Shown: piece after piece, positions 31,524-41,200 of the stretch | Layout of the letters: each line of letters opens with the position of its first letter | Position numbering within the stretch: the stretch's first letter is position 1 | Virus record (IMG/VR): IMGVR_UViG_3300032038_000021 | Coordinates: 32,001-96,000 of that record | DNA from: a virus | Taxonomy: Duplodnaviria > Caudoviricetes | Length of the DNA stretch: 64,000 nt | Strand: one strand, 5' to 3' | Made by a program: the position numbers and the translations under genes | Notes under the pieces: generated by a model | Database searches by the model: none | Told to the model about the DNA's origin: nothing | What the model saw: only the letters and a program-made list of their open reading frames with translations

Positions 31524-31996
31524 TTATTAAAGGTATTATAGATGAAGATTTTGTAAACTATAAGAAGTGTAGTACTACTATTATGATGCCTAATTGTTCT
31601 TTTAAGTGTGAAAAAGAATGTGGTAAATTGGTATGTCAGAATTCTAAGTTAGCAAAGTCTTCTAATATAGATATTTCTAATGATAGATTAATAAATAGAT
31701 ATAAGAATAATATTTATAGTGATAGTATAGTATTTCAAGGATTAGAACCTTTTGATAGTTGGGAAGATTTAATCTTATTAATTTCCGATTTTAGAAAAGC
31801 TGGTATAGAAGATGATATAGTAATCTATACTGGTTATAAAGAAGATGAGATAGAAGATAAAGTAGAACTGTTAAAAGTGTTTAATAATATTATAATTAAA
31901 TACGGTAGATATATTCCTGATAGTGAGAAAGTATATGACGAATTATTAGGAGTAGAATTAGCCAGTAAGAATCAATATGCTAAGAGAATAAGTTAA
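31520..31996 (+). CDS. nrdG: Anaerobic RNR activating enzyme (radical SAM)
   Basis: CSFKCEKECGKLVCQN cysteine cluster, GLEP, IYTGY, GRY, SKNQ; overlaps the nrdD stop. Confidence 0.9.
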   Translation: MIIKGIIDEDFVNYKKCSTTIMMPNCSFKCEKECGKLVCQNSKLAKSSNIDISNDRLINRYKNNIYSDSIVFQGLEPFDSWEDLILLISDFRKAGIEDDIVIYTGYKEDEIEDKVELLKVFNNIIIKYGRYIPDSEKVYDELLGVELASKNQYAKRIS

Positions 31997-32003
31997 AATA
32001 ATA

Positions 32004-32038
32004 TCCCCGTAGGAGTAAATTCCTACGGGGATATTTTT
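32004..32038. terminator. Bidirectional intrinsic terminator between nrdG and cassette 6
   Basis: ATCCCCGTAGGA-GTAAAT-TCCTACGGGGAT followed by a T run. Confidence 0.8.
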
Positions 32039-32041
32039 ATA

Positions 32042-32378
32042 TTATCTAAAAACATGACCTATAACTGCATAAGAATTGACACTTGATGTTGAACCACGGT
32101 ATCTTTTACAATAACATCTATAAGTACCACTATTTAAAATTCCTGTCACAGCTTCTATTGATAGAGTACTATTAGATTCACCATATAATTTGGATCTGAC
32201 ACTACCATCTAGATTGTCACAAATAGCTAATACTTCCGGACGACCCGAATTCCAATTAGTACTATATCGTATAAGTGCAACATTCGATAATTCAAATTCT
32301 ATTCCAATATATTCCATATTTTCACTTTGTGATATATATGTAGTAGTAGCCAAAGTTAAAAATATAATCCTATCATTA
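32042..32378 (-). CDS. Silent tip cassette 6 (variant core TAATGA)
   Basis: NDRIIFLTLATTTYISQ... in frame with track ORF 32042-32353; upstream flank aaccgat as in other cores. Confidence 0.7.
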
Positions 32379-32390
32379 ATCGGTTTAAAA

Positions 32391-32688
32391 TTATATTTCT
32401 CTTACAGCCTGCCAAGTGCCTGCAGCTTTTATTTGAAAAAGTATTTTATTATTACTATATCCAAAAACTAAACCAGAAGCATAATTACTATCTATAAATT
32501 TTTGTGCTAAACAAATATACCATCCAGATCTAAATATTTCACCTATATGTAATTTACCATCGTTATCTAAACTATCTATAACTGTAGGTATATGATCTTT
32601 AATTTGACCAGAGGTATAATTTAAAGAAAATGAATTACCAATATAATTAGTTATTTTATTTAATTTATTAATAGGACCATTTTCATCA
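32391..32688 (-). CDS. Silent tip cassette 5 (absent from ORF track)
   Basis: DENGPINKLNKITNYIGNSF...NYASGLVFGY...AGTWQAVREI*. Confidence 0.8.
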
Positions 32689-32714
32689 TGCTTGTTTGTA
32701 AATATAATTTTATA

Positions 32715-33087
32715 TTATAATCTTTTTAATGTAATTGTATATATGTAAGCATATACATTTATATTTGTACCAGAATTTTGAGATGCATAACATTCTATGA
32801 TTTCACCAACATCATAACGTTCTACTGTTATAAGTTGTTGATACATTACTTTTCCTTTTATTGAATTTATAATATTTGTTTGATCCCTTGCACCTCCTAC
32901 TGATCTTACAGCAATAAGTCTAGTTCCAGTATCATTCGCCGCCACCCAGTTTGCACCTCTTATTACTAAATATTGTGCATGTGTGTTCACCGTGACAGTT
33001 GCAACAAGTATTCTTGAATCATTTCCGGATATAGATGTTGCATTTGGAAGTGTACCATCAAAAGTTCCACGATATGAATTTTCATCA
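32715..33087 (-). CDS. Silent tip cassette 4 (possibly C1q/TNF-like beta-sandwich)
   Basis: DENSYRGTFDGTLPNATSISG... in frame with 32715-32990; contains GTRLI and ECYASQNSG. Confidence 0.75.
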
Positions 33088-33089
33088 TA

Positions 33090-33381
33090 TCAAACAGTTA
33101 TAAAAGCTATTTTATACCATGTATTCCAAGTTTTATTACTATCATCTCCGTCGCGTTTATATAAATTAGAACTTATCATTGTGATAATCATCTGTACAAT
33201 TTGGTTTGAAAGATATGATCTTAATATTAATAAAAAACAATAAGTACAATCTGTAGGTGTGTTTTGTATATGATCACAGATATAATAAATACCTGTAGAT
33301 ATATAATTGTTAGCATTTTCACTAGCTACAGGTATTCTATTGATAAGACCAGGTGTATTTTTCAATTGTGCAGCTTCATCA
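33090..33381 (-). CDS. Silent tip cassette 3 (pyocin-knob-like)
   Basis: DEAAQLKNTPG...NANNYISTGIY...IVQMI...WNTWYKI. Confidence 0.8.
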
Positions 33382-33427
33382 TAAAATATTATAGTAATTA
33401 TATTAAATTGATTTATAATTAGGTATA

Positions 33428-33716
33428 TTACAGTATATGAGCAGTAAATGTTCCAGTTTGTTCATATGCGTACGAACTATTTAACTTTAGTATATCACCT
33501 TTTCGTAATCCCACTATGTCATTTATCGTAGAATCTGCATTCGAAGTATATCCAGTACAGTTAAAATCTTTTCCATTGATTAAGTAATTTATATAAGGCC
33601 TGACCCCATTTGTAGTACGATTTGACATCCTTACAAAACAATCATATGGTGCTGTATAAGGCGAAGTTTTTAACTGTGTTGAAATATCTATATAACCATG
33701 CAATATATCTTCATCG
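33428..33716 (-). CDS. Silent tip cassette 2 (variant core CGATGA)
   Basis: DEDILHGYIDISTQLKTSPYTAPYD...LRKGDIL; in frame with 33428-33703. Confidence 0.75.
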
Positions 33717-33724
33717 ATCGGTTA

Positions 33725-33965
33725 TTATTTATAATAGATAAACGTATAATTATGGCTAGTCGTTATAGGATATAAAACATATATGGATATAATAGATTGC
33801 TGCACACTCCATATACAACAATCTCGATGTTCAGTTACGTAAAATAAATTAAATAAAGAACCTACAATATTCTCATCTCTTATTTGGTATTTATCACCAA
33901 CATTTAATGCTTTATCAAATGTACCATATTTATAATATGCTGTTACTTTATTAAACTTTTCATCA
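33725..33965 (-). CDS. Silent tip cassette 1 (no Met; absent from ORF track)
   Basis: DEKFNKVTAYYKYGTFDKALNVGDKY...YVLYPITTSHNYTFIYYK*. Confidence 0.75.
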
Positions 33966-33984
33966 AAACACTTTTATCAATATA

Positions 33985-34626
33985 TCAATTACTCCGCCTA
34001 TGTAAAACAGTAACTCTAACAATATTATTTGTAATTTTAGTACCATTACTAGTTTTCCATCCAAGATCAATAAAATAAGAATTACTACTATCAATGCTTA
34101 TAAATAAATTAAATAAAAATATTTTACTATCTGTTTTTGCGTGCCATCCTGCAATGGCAATAGGTTTATAACCACTAATCAAATCCATAGTTACAATCTC
34201 TTCATGTTCTATAAAAGTACCTACAGATTTAATATCTATGGTATTATAAATTAAATAGTTGGATTTCAAATCATCATTTAGTGTAGCAATTGCCTCAGCG
34301 TTCAGAGAGCAAGCACGACGAAGAGATCCGATAATAGATCCGAGCGTCTTACCGGTCGTAACGTTAGCAAGAGCTGCAGTAGCCGTACTAGAAGTATCAT
34401 CGTTAATACCACCGGTGATCTCAGTAGTAGCAATATCTCCGCCCATTGCATAAGGAAGAGAACCATAAGCAGTAACACCATCGCCCATCTTCATCTTACA
34501 AGTACCGGTTCCAACACCAGTATCGGGCAATTCTATAAACATTTCGCCTGCTGCAAGCACTGTAGAGGACTTAGTTCCGTTCATTGTAGAAGCTTTACCA
34601 CGTCTGGGCTTAAAAATCTTAGACAT
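33985..34626 (-). CDS. Receptor-binding/tail-fibre protein: constant Mtd-N-like N-terminus plus exchangeable tip (putative expression locus)
   Basis: KPRRG...VLAAGEMFIELPDTG...KMGDGVTAYGSLPY domain; junction AIATLN|DD at 34271-34276; composition drops sharply to AT-rich after the junction; AAGGAGG RBS and late-promoter motif at 34752-34763. Confidence 0.8.
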   Translation of the reverse strand: MSKIFKPRRGKASTMNGTKSSTVLAAGEMFIELPDTGVGTGTCKMKMGDGVTAYGSLPYAMGGDIATTEITGGINDDTSSTATAALANVTTGKTLGSIIGSLRRACSLNAEAIATLNDDLKSNYLIYNTIDIKSVGTFIEHEEIVTMDLISGYKPIAIAGWHAKTDSKIFLFNLFISIDSSNSYFIDLGWKTSNGTKITNNIVRVTVLHRRSN

Positions 34627-34943
34627 ATTTAAATTCCTCCTTTTAGGAAAATTAAACTCCTCATCTCATACTTATTAGTAGCTCTCTGGATAGTATTATA
34701 GTAATCATAAAGATAAGGAGCGATACTAAGGTATCACTACTAATAAGCAATTATGTAAATGTTCCTCCGGTAAATAGCGAAAAACCCATCATTTGAAACT
34801 ATAGTAACTACTTTTGGCAGTTACTGAGCGTTTTCATATATTAAAAAATATATCATATTTAAATGATGGGTTTTTATAAATTTTTAATAATATACTATAA
34901 AAGTGTAAATGTGGTTACTAAACAAAATAAAGGAGTGAATATT

Positions 34944-35123
34944 ATGAAACTTGAAGACATCATAAGAACCTATGGAAAAAGTACCGATTATTATGATATG
35001 TATACTGGATATACATATCACTTGCCTCAGATGGGAGAACCGGATGAGGAAGGTAATCAGAAAGTTCCGGTGTCAGAAGATGGAACCATTATCGGAACTG
35101 TCACTGTGAATATGACAACCTAA
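34944..35123 (+). CDS. Small hypothetical protein
   Basis: AAAGGAG RBS before ATG 34944; hairpin terminator at about 35131-35157. Confidence 0.65.
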   Translation: MKLEDIIRTYGKSTDYYDMYTGYTYHLPQMGEPDEEGNQKVPVSEDGTIIGTVTVNMTT

Positions 35124-35165
35124 ATAAAATACCCAGAGTCTATTATAGACTCTGGGTTGATAGTT

Positions 35166-36035
35166 TTATTTTTTATTCTTATTATCAGTAGATTCTTCTA
35201 CAACTTCTTCATCTTCAGATCCAAATTCGCCATCGTCTTCTGGATCTTCTTCCTCTGCTTCTTCTACAGTATCATCTTCAGTAATTTCTTCAACAGGTTC
35301 TATCTTAACCTCTTTTTCTACATTTTCTTTTTTATCAAGAGAAGATATCGGTTTAAGAATATCTTGTAATCCTGCTGTAGATACTACAGTCTCAGCATCA
35401 CCACTATCTATTTCGGTATTATTATCATCGTCCTCTGTAGTAGGTTCTGTTGGTTCTGTGCTTGGTTCAACAGGTTCTACCGGTTCAGCAGTATCATCGT
35501 CTGTGGAGGGAGTAGTATCACCATATTGATCGAACGGGTCTGTTTCATAATTAGTATTATCAATTACATAATCTTCCATATTTGATAATGACATTGGAAC
35601 ATCGCCATCTTCTGTACCAAAATCGTAAGTAGTATCATCTTCCATAATAGTACCGGCAGTTATATAAGGGAGACTATTCCATCTACTACTACCATTTCCA
35701 ATCTTAATAGCATTCTTTGTAATATCGTAAGCTATTTCTCTTTCTGCAAGTATAGGATTAGTGTTAGCCCAAGCACTAGCGGTAGCAGATCTAACCTGAA
35801 TAAGAGCAGTAGCGTTTATACCACCACCATCTATAGCAGATGCTGCAGTTCCGTCGAATGCATATACTAAATTATTCCAAGGGCTTACTCCATCTCCAAC
35901 CTTAAACTTACATAATCCTGTTCCTATTCCACTATCAGGAAATTGTATTGCTAGTTCTCCCTCTGCAAGGACTGGGTTATATGAAGCCCATTCGTATTCA
36001 GTTCCCCGTCTAGGTCTTATTTTAGCATAAGCCAT
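35166..36035 (-). CDS. Tail-associated protein with two Mtd-N-like domains and an acidic tail
   Basis: RPRRG..W...NPVLAEGE...KVGDG..W..L.Y and NPILAERE...KIGNG..W.SLPY. Confidence 0.75.
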   Translation of the reverse strand: MAYAKIRPRRGTEYEWASYNPVLAEGELAIQFPDSGIGTGLCKFKVGDGVSPWNNLVYAFDGTAASAIDGGGINATALIQVRSATASAWANTNPILAEREIAYDITKNAIKIGNGSSRWNSLPYITAGTIMEDDTTYDFGTEDGDVPMSLSNMEDYVIDNTNYETDPFDQYGDTTPSTDDDTAEPVEPVEPSTEPTEPTTEDDDNNTEIDSGDAETVVSTAGLQDILKPISSLDKKENVEKEVKIEPVEEITEDDTVEEAEEEDPEDDGEFGSEDEEVVEESTDNKNKK

Positions 36036-36130
36036 AACAACTTATCTCCTTTCGGAACTATTTTCTATACTATAATTATCTAAATGTAATTAACAGGTCA
36101 AATTTATTGCAATTCAACCTGTTAATTATA

Positions 36131-38281
36131 TTAAGTAGTACTACCATCGTATAATAAATGGTATTCAGAATCATACCATTTAAATATCTTATAGATTCTA
36201 TTTACTTTAGTAATATTTATAACGAAATATACAGGTCTTTCTTCTCCAGTTTCTGGTAGATCGTTTTCTGATAAATAATAGTTATATCCCACAACATCAG
36301 GATTACCAAGAGATTCAAGATCATAAGCAAATATACGATTCAATAACCATCTCTCTTTTGCATTATATCCGAATATGTCGTTCTTTCCACCATAGTCAGC
36401 ATATTCATTTCTATAGAATAATAGATAGCTTCTATACCAAGAAATGACAGAAGCTTTAAACAATTTATCCCATGATTTAGACTTATTGGATACAACTACA
36501 TTACGAGCAGAATATGTATCAGAGGGATCAAAATAACTCCATCTAGATTCATTTATCAGATTATATATTTCTGCTTTATCATCTTGGAGAGCTTGTCTCA
36601 TTTGAGTTGTGACTCTATACTCTAGATCTTCTATATAAGCTCTCATATTATCATATTCTTCAATAGCTGTATCTATTGTATCATTATATTCTACAAGAGC
36701 TTCAGCAATTTTAGTATTGATAAGATCTGGAGTAACTTCACCGGTACATTCATTTACAGCTTCTACAAGCTGATCCATATATCTATCTATAATAATCTTA
36801 TATCTATTAAACGATTGTACCATTAACTCATATTTCTCTTGAGATGCTAAATCAGAAACATCTACATATAATCCACCGGTATCAGCAACCTGAATACCAT
36901 TATGATCTTTATCGGATATATTTACATAAGTTCTGAAAGTGTAATTATCCATAAAGGTTTGGGTAGTCTCTGTAGCATAACCGACATATTTATTTACATT
37001 ATTTAATCTATCGTCATATTGATAGTTTTGACCAGCTATATAAAATTGCTCAATATTTGGATTATATCTAATTACTGTATGCTCATCTATTCTTAGATCA
37101 GATCCTAAAGATAAACTTAATATATAACTACCATTATGGAACGGTAATTGTATTGTTCTGGATTGAAAATCTATATATCTAGATTCTGCATTCATGAAAT
37201 ATATAGTTCCTACCTGTTTAATCAGATCGATCTGATCCTGATCAGGAGTTCCTGTAGTATCTCTTTCTACTTCACCAATAAACGTTCTCTTTCCACTATA
37301 ATAGGTATACATCTTTCCTTCTGTAGTAATATACAGCATATTCTCTACAGGATTATTTGGAATCTGATCTACAATACAGAATGGATCTGTATAAAGACTT
37401 TGATATAAATATAGCTGCATTCTATCATAACAGAAATAAATATAAGACTTACGCCTTTCATTATATGACGGTAAGAATTGGTATTTGATAACTTTAAGAA
37501 CTCTAGTAGTAGGAACTCCATAAGAATCGTAACCAGTATCCTCAGAAACCATCTTAGGAGGATATTGAACCCATTTCCGCCAAATATAGGTTACTTTACC
37601 TCCCTCTTTCTCAGGTTCTACTCTAGTTCTTACAAATATTCTATAACCGTTAAGAGTTACTCTACTATTATCAGTAATATTAAATTCTTCTATATAAGAA
37701 TCTCCAGTAAGATTCCAACGAGAAGTATCATCTACAGTAACAGAAATATTACCTATTTCTATTCTATTATTCTTATTAAAATTACCAGTAAATTCAGAAC
37801 CTTCAGTAAGTTTAATTACTAAAGTAGATTCATAATCTAAATCATCTTCTTCATTTACTTCCCAAGCTAGAGACAACCCAGTAAGAGTCATATCTACAAA
37901 AGAATTCTTTATTCTAAATAATTTCTTTCCCGATAATAATACATTACCAAGATTTAATTTAAGAGCAGTATTTTCTATAAATATAGCATAACCATAAGAA
38001 GCAGATATTCTTTGATAATTATTAAGAGATACATTAGATCTAACTCTCATAGTATCTAAATCTATATCAAAGTTTATCTCATCTTCTCCGGTATCTTCTT
38101 CACCGGATGTATCTTCATTAAAATCGCTCTCTGAGGAAGAATCGTCTCCATCCCCTAAGATTACACTATAATCTCCAAATTTTACATCAGAGCGTTTTAC
38201 CACCTCTGTATCAGTATCTAAACTGATATCCTGAGAAGCGGTATTATCGATATTTTCATCTAATTTTATATTTTTAGACAT
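36131..38281 (-). CDS. Putative tail/baseplate-associated protein
   Basis: 716 aa; WNLTGDSYI beta-helix cap motif; lies in the fibre cluster. Confidence 0.55.
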   Translation of the reverse strand: MSKNIKLDENIDNTASQDISLDTDTEVVKRSDVKFGDYSVILGDGDDSSSESDFNEDTSGEEDTGEDEINFDIDLDTMRVRSNVSLNNYQRISASYGYAIFIENTALKLNLGNVLLSGKKLFRIKNSFVDMTLTGLSLAWEVNEEDDLDYESTLVIKLTEGSEFTGNFNKNNRIEIGNISVTVDDTSRWNLTGDSYIEEFNITDNSRVTLNGYRIFVRTRVEPEKEGGKVTYIWRKWVQYPPKMVSEDTGYDSYGVPTTRVLKVIKYQFLPSYNERRKSYIYFCYDRMQLYLYQSLYTDPFCIVDQIPNNPVENMLYITTEGKMYTYYSGKRTFIGEVERDTTGTPDQDQIDLIKQVGTIYFMNAESRYIDFQSRTIQLPFHNGSYILSLSLGSDLRIDEHTVIRYNPNIEQFYIAGQNYQYDDRLNNVNKYVGYATETTQTFMDNYTFRTYVNISDKDHNGIQVADTGGLYVDVSDLASQEKYELMVQSFNRYKIIIDRYMDQLVEAVNECTGEVTPDLINTKIAEALVEYNDTIDTAIEEYDNMRAYIEDLEYRVTTQMRQALQDDKAEIYNLINESRWSYFDPSDTYSARNVVVSNKSKSWDKLFKASVISWYRSYLLFYRNEYADYGGKNDIFGYNAKERWLLNRIFAYDLESLGNPDVVGYNYYLSENDLPETGEERPVYFVINITKVNRIYKIFKWYDSEYHLLYDGSTT

Positions 38282-38297
38282 TTATAATACCTCCTTC

Positions 38298-41200
38298 TCA
38301 AGACTCTTCAGTAATTCCGCTATAAGAAGCAATACTAATAACGTAATCACTGTTACCTTCAATTATGAGAGTATTATTAGTATTAACGATAGTTACTATT
38401 TTATCATTATTATCTCTAATAAGACTATTACTATTATTCGTAATATTCCTTAATCTACAATTCCCGGTAACTATAAACTTAGAATTATTGTCAATATTCA
38501 AATCACAATAACCTTCTGATCCAACAGCACCACCATTAAATGATTCGTCGTTTATAATAGCTCCGGTTAACTCAGAGACATTAGTAAGATTTATAGTAAG
38601 AGTAGATAATGAATCCCAATAGACATTTCCAGTAACTAATTGGCTACTCATATTGACAATACATTTACCACCATTAGATCCTGGAGTTCCTCTATTTTTC
38701 TTACCACTATTACCAGTAACCCTTATAAAGAAATCACTACTATTATCTCTTATAATATTCGTATAACTTAAATTGATCTCAGCTTCAGTATTGGTAATAT
38801 AGAAAATACCACCGTGCTTAGATCTAATATTACCACCATTAGAGGTAAATTTACATATACCAGAATCAGTGATAAAATCATTAATCTGATACATACCAAT
38901 ACCATAACTACAATCATTATCGGAATCATCCGCATGATTAAACGTAGATATTGTATTATTATATTCAACCTCACCAGCTCCAATAATATCTATTAATTCC
39001 GAAGCTACAGTAGTAAGATTTGCATTATCTACAGTAATAACACCACCATTATTTACAATAGCAGGAGAATCAAATCCACCAGTATAATACGTACCGTGGT
39101 CTACTTTAATAGATCCTCCTCCCTTAGATACTCTAATCGCAGGAGATTCTACCGATGTATTTGTACCTGCAGTTACATTTGTACTATTAGCTTCGATAAT
39201 ACCACCGTCTGCTACTTGTAATCCAGCAGATTCACTCTCTAACGTAGAGATATTTACACTATCTGCTTTAATATGAGAAGCAGCACTATAAGCGAATAAA
39301 GCATTACCTCCCAAAGCAAGAGTATTAATAGTAGTATTACTTATCTCCAATCCACCATTAGAAATCAATACAGCAGATCCAACACCATATCTTTCTGAAT
39401 TCTTTCCTCCAGTAGATTTATCATTTGATCTAATAATAGTAGCATTATCTATATATCCTAAAGCTCCTAAAGAAACCCATATAACAATTTCATCTACAGC
39501 AACATCAGGATTATCTACACCAGCAATACTATTAGTATAAACTCCACCATCTAAATCATAATCAACGGTATAATGATAAGCTCCTCTTAATACATATATA
39601 TCCGGATCTATTGGTACTGGTGGTGGAGTAGGAGTATCTCCTTCATCGTCATGAGGAGGATTATCATCTTCGTCATAACCATCTGGATATACAGGATCTG
39701 TAGATCGCTCGTTGTGTATATACAAACCTCCGGTAGCAATCTCAGAACTATTATCACTAATATTACCGCCTGATAATATAATATTACATTCACCAGATAT
39801 ATCTATAGGAGCTATAGATCTATCATGAGTAATAGTAACAGATTTAAGAGTAATATCAGAATCTTTTACTATAATTCCATTAGATCCTACACCAGCTACA
39901 GATATAGTAGAATTCTCTAAATCTAAGAATCCATCCCCTTCAACTCTAGCACCAAAAGATTTAGGTCCTGTTGTAGAAAGATTCAGATTATCTCCTTTAA
40001 TAACTCCCTTATCCATAGCTATAGCAGCACTAGAATTAATAGACTCTGTTAATACTTCTACATTAGTAGCATTAACAATACTACCTTCTCCAATAGAAAT
40101 TATACCATTAGCATAAGTAGCTTTACTATTAATATCAGAATTCTTTAAAGTAAGATTTCCACCATTTGTAACTAATACTGTAGTATTAGAAATATCATCG
40201 GTAAACTTAGAGTCACCAGATTTCTTTATATGAATATCTTCTAACTCTACCGCAGTTCCGTCAACTAATAGACTATGTTTATTAGACGTAGAAGTTACAA
40301 CAGTATCTCCACTTTCTACAACACCGGCAGATTCATCTCTAGCCATTTCATCTATCAGTTGTAGTATCGGATCTATATCTATAATCTTACCAGTAAATAC
40401 TAATCGATCTCTAGATACGTCATTATACGTAATTCTATCATCTGTATCATAAAGAGTAAATGTAGTATTTTCACCAACAGTAGTCTTTTCTATAATAACA
40501 ACATCTTCTTCAGATATTGTATTATCTTCACTGGTATAATGAACTACTGATCCTACAATAAAATCACTAGCAACTCTATTAACGTAAAGAGTTCTTTCTC
40601 CGATATTGATATTAGAATACTTATCTATATCCAAATTAGTAATGAAAGAATCTTGAGTTAAGACCCAATCCCCATCTCTCATTACAATATTTATTTTTTC
40701 TGCTGTATCAATGGTATTAATAAATCCAACAAGATTACCATTTTCCATAAGGTTGATATATAATGTAGAGGTATTATCTACATATATACCACCAGAGAGA
40801 TATCCAGCAGATACGTTCAGATATACAATAGAGTTATTTACAACTCTAAAAATACTTCCACCATATAAATTACAATTAGTGAGATTGATAGTAACCTCAG
40901 CACTATTTATATAGATATTAGCACTATCTTCAGCACCATAAGAATTCATATATGTATTGGAAATATCCAGAGTTATGTTGTTATGATCGTTATTATAATC
41001 GACAACATTAATACCATATTTATTAGCATAAATACTAGATCCACTGATAGAAATAGCTCCGGGTTGAACTCCGTTTACATTAATACCATTATCCAGATCA
41101 GATCTAATAATAGAATCAGAAATTCTTATAGTACCAGTATTTTCTCTATCAATATTAATTGCAGCAGATCCTTCACCCTTAGCAGTATAAGAACCCCCAT

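Larger units (their letters stand above)
18017..34276 (-). other. Array of 25 silent receptor-binding-protein tip cassettes plus the expressed tip, each opening at a TGATGA core
   Basis: Cores at + strand TCATCA 18327, 18655, 18959, 19272, 20134, 20645, 21044, 22050, 23944, 24232, 24580, 24912, 25229, 26152, 26365, 26874, 28191, 28456, 28976, 32373 (variant), 32683, 33082, 33376, 33711 (variant), 33960 and 34271 (inside the complete gene). Each opens a 65-150 codon frame. Confidence 0.85.

Noticed and set aside
18017-33703. Treating the short minus-strand ORFs in the track as independent small genes
   Set aside because: Their TTG/GTG/ATG starts are internal or lie in the previous cassette and lack an evident RBS; the frames extend back to the TGATGA core, and equivalent frames with no start codon exist.
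18017-34276. Invertible shufflon (Gin/Cin/Rci type) as the explanation for the cassettes
   Set aside because: All cassettes and cores I found are in the same orientation; no inverted partners, long conserved crossover repeats or invertase gene are visible in the window.
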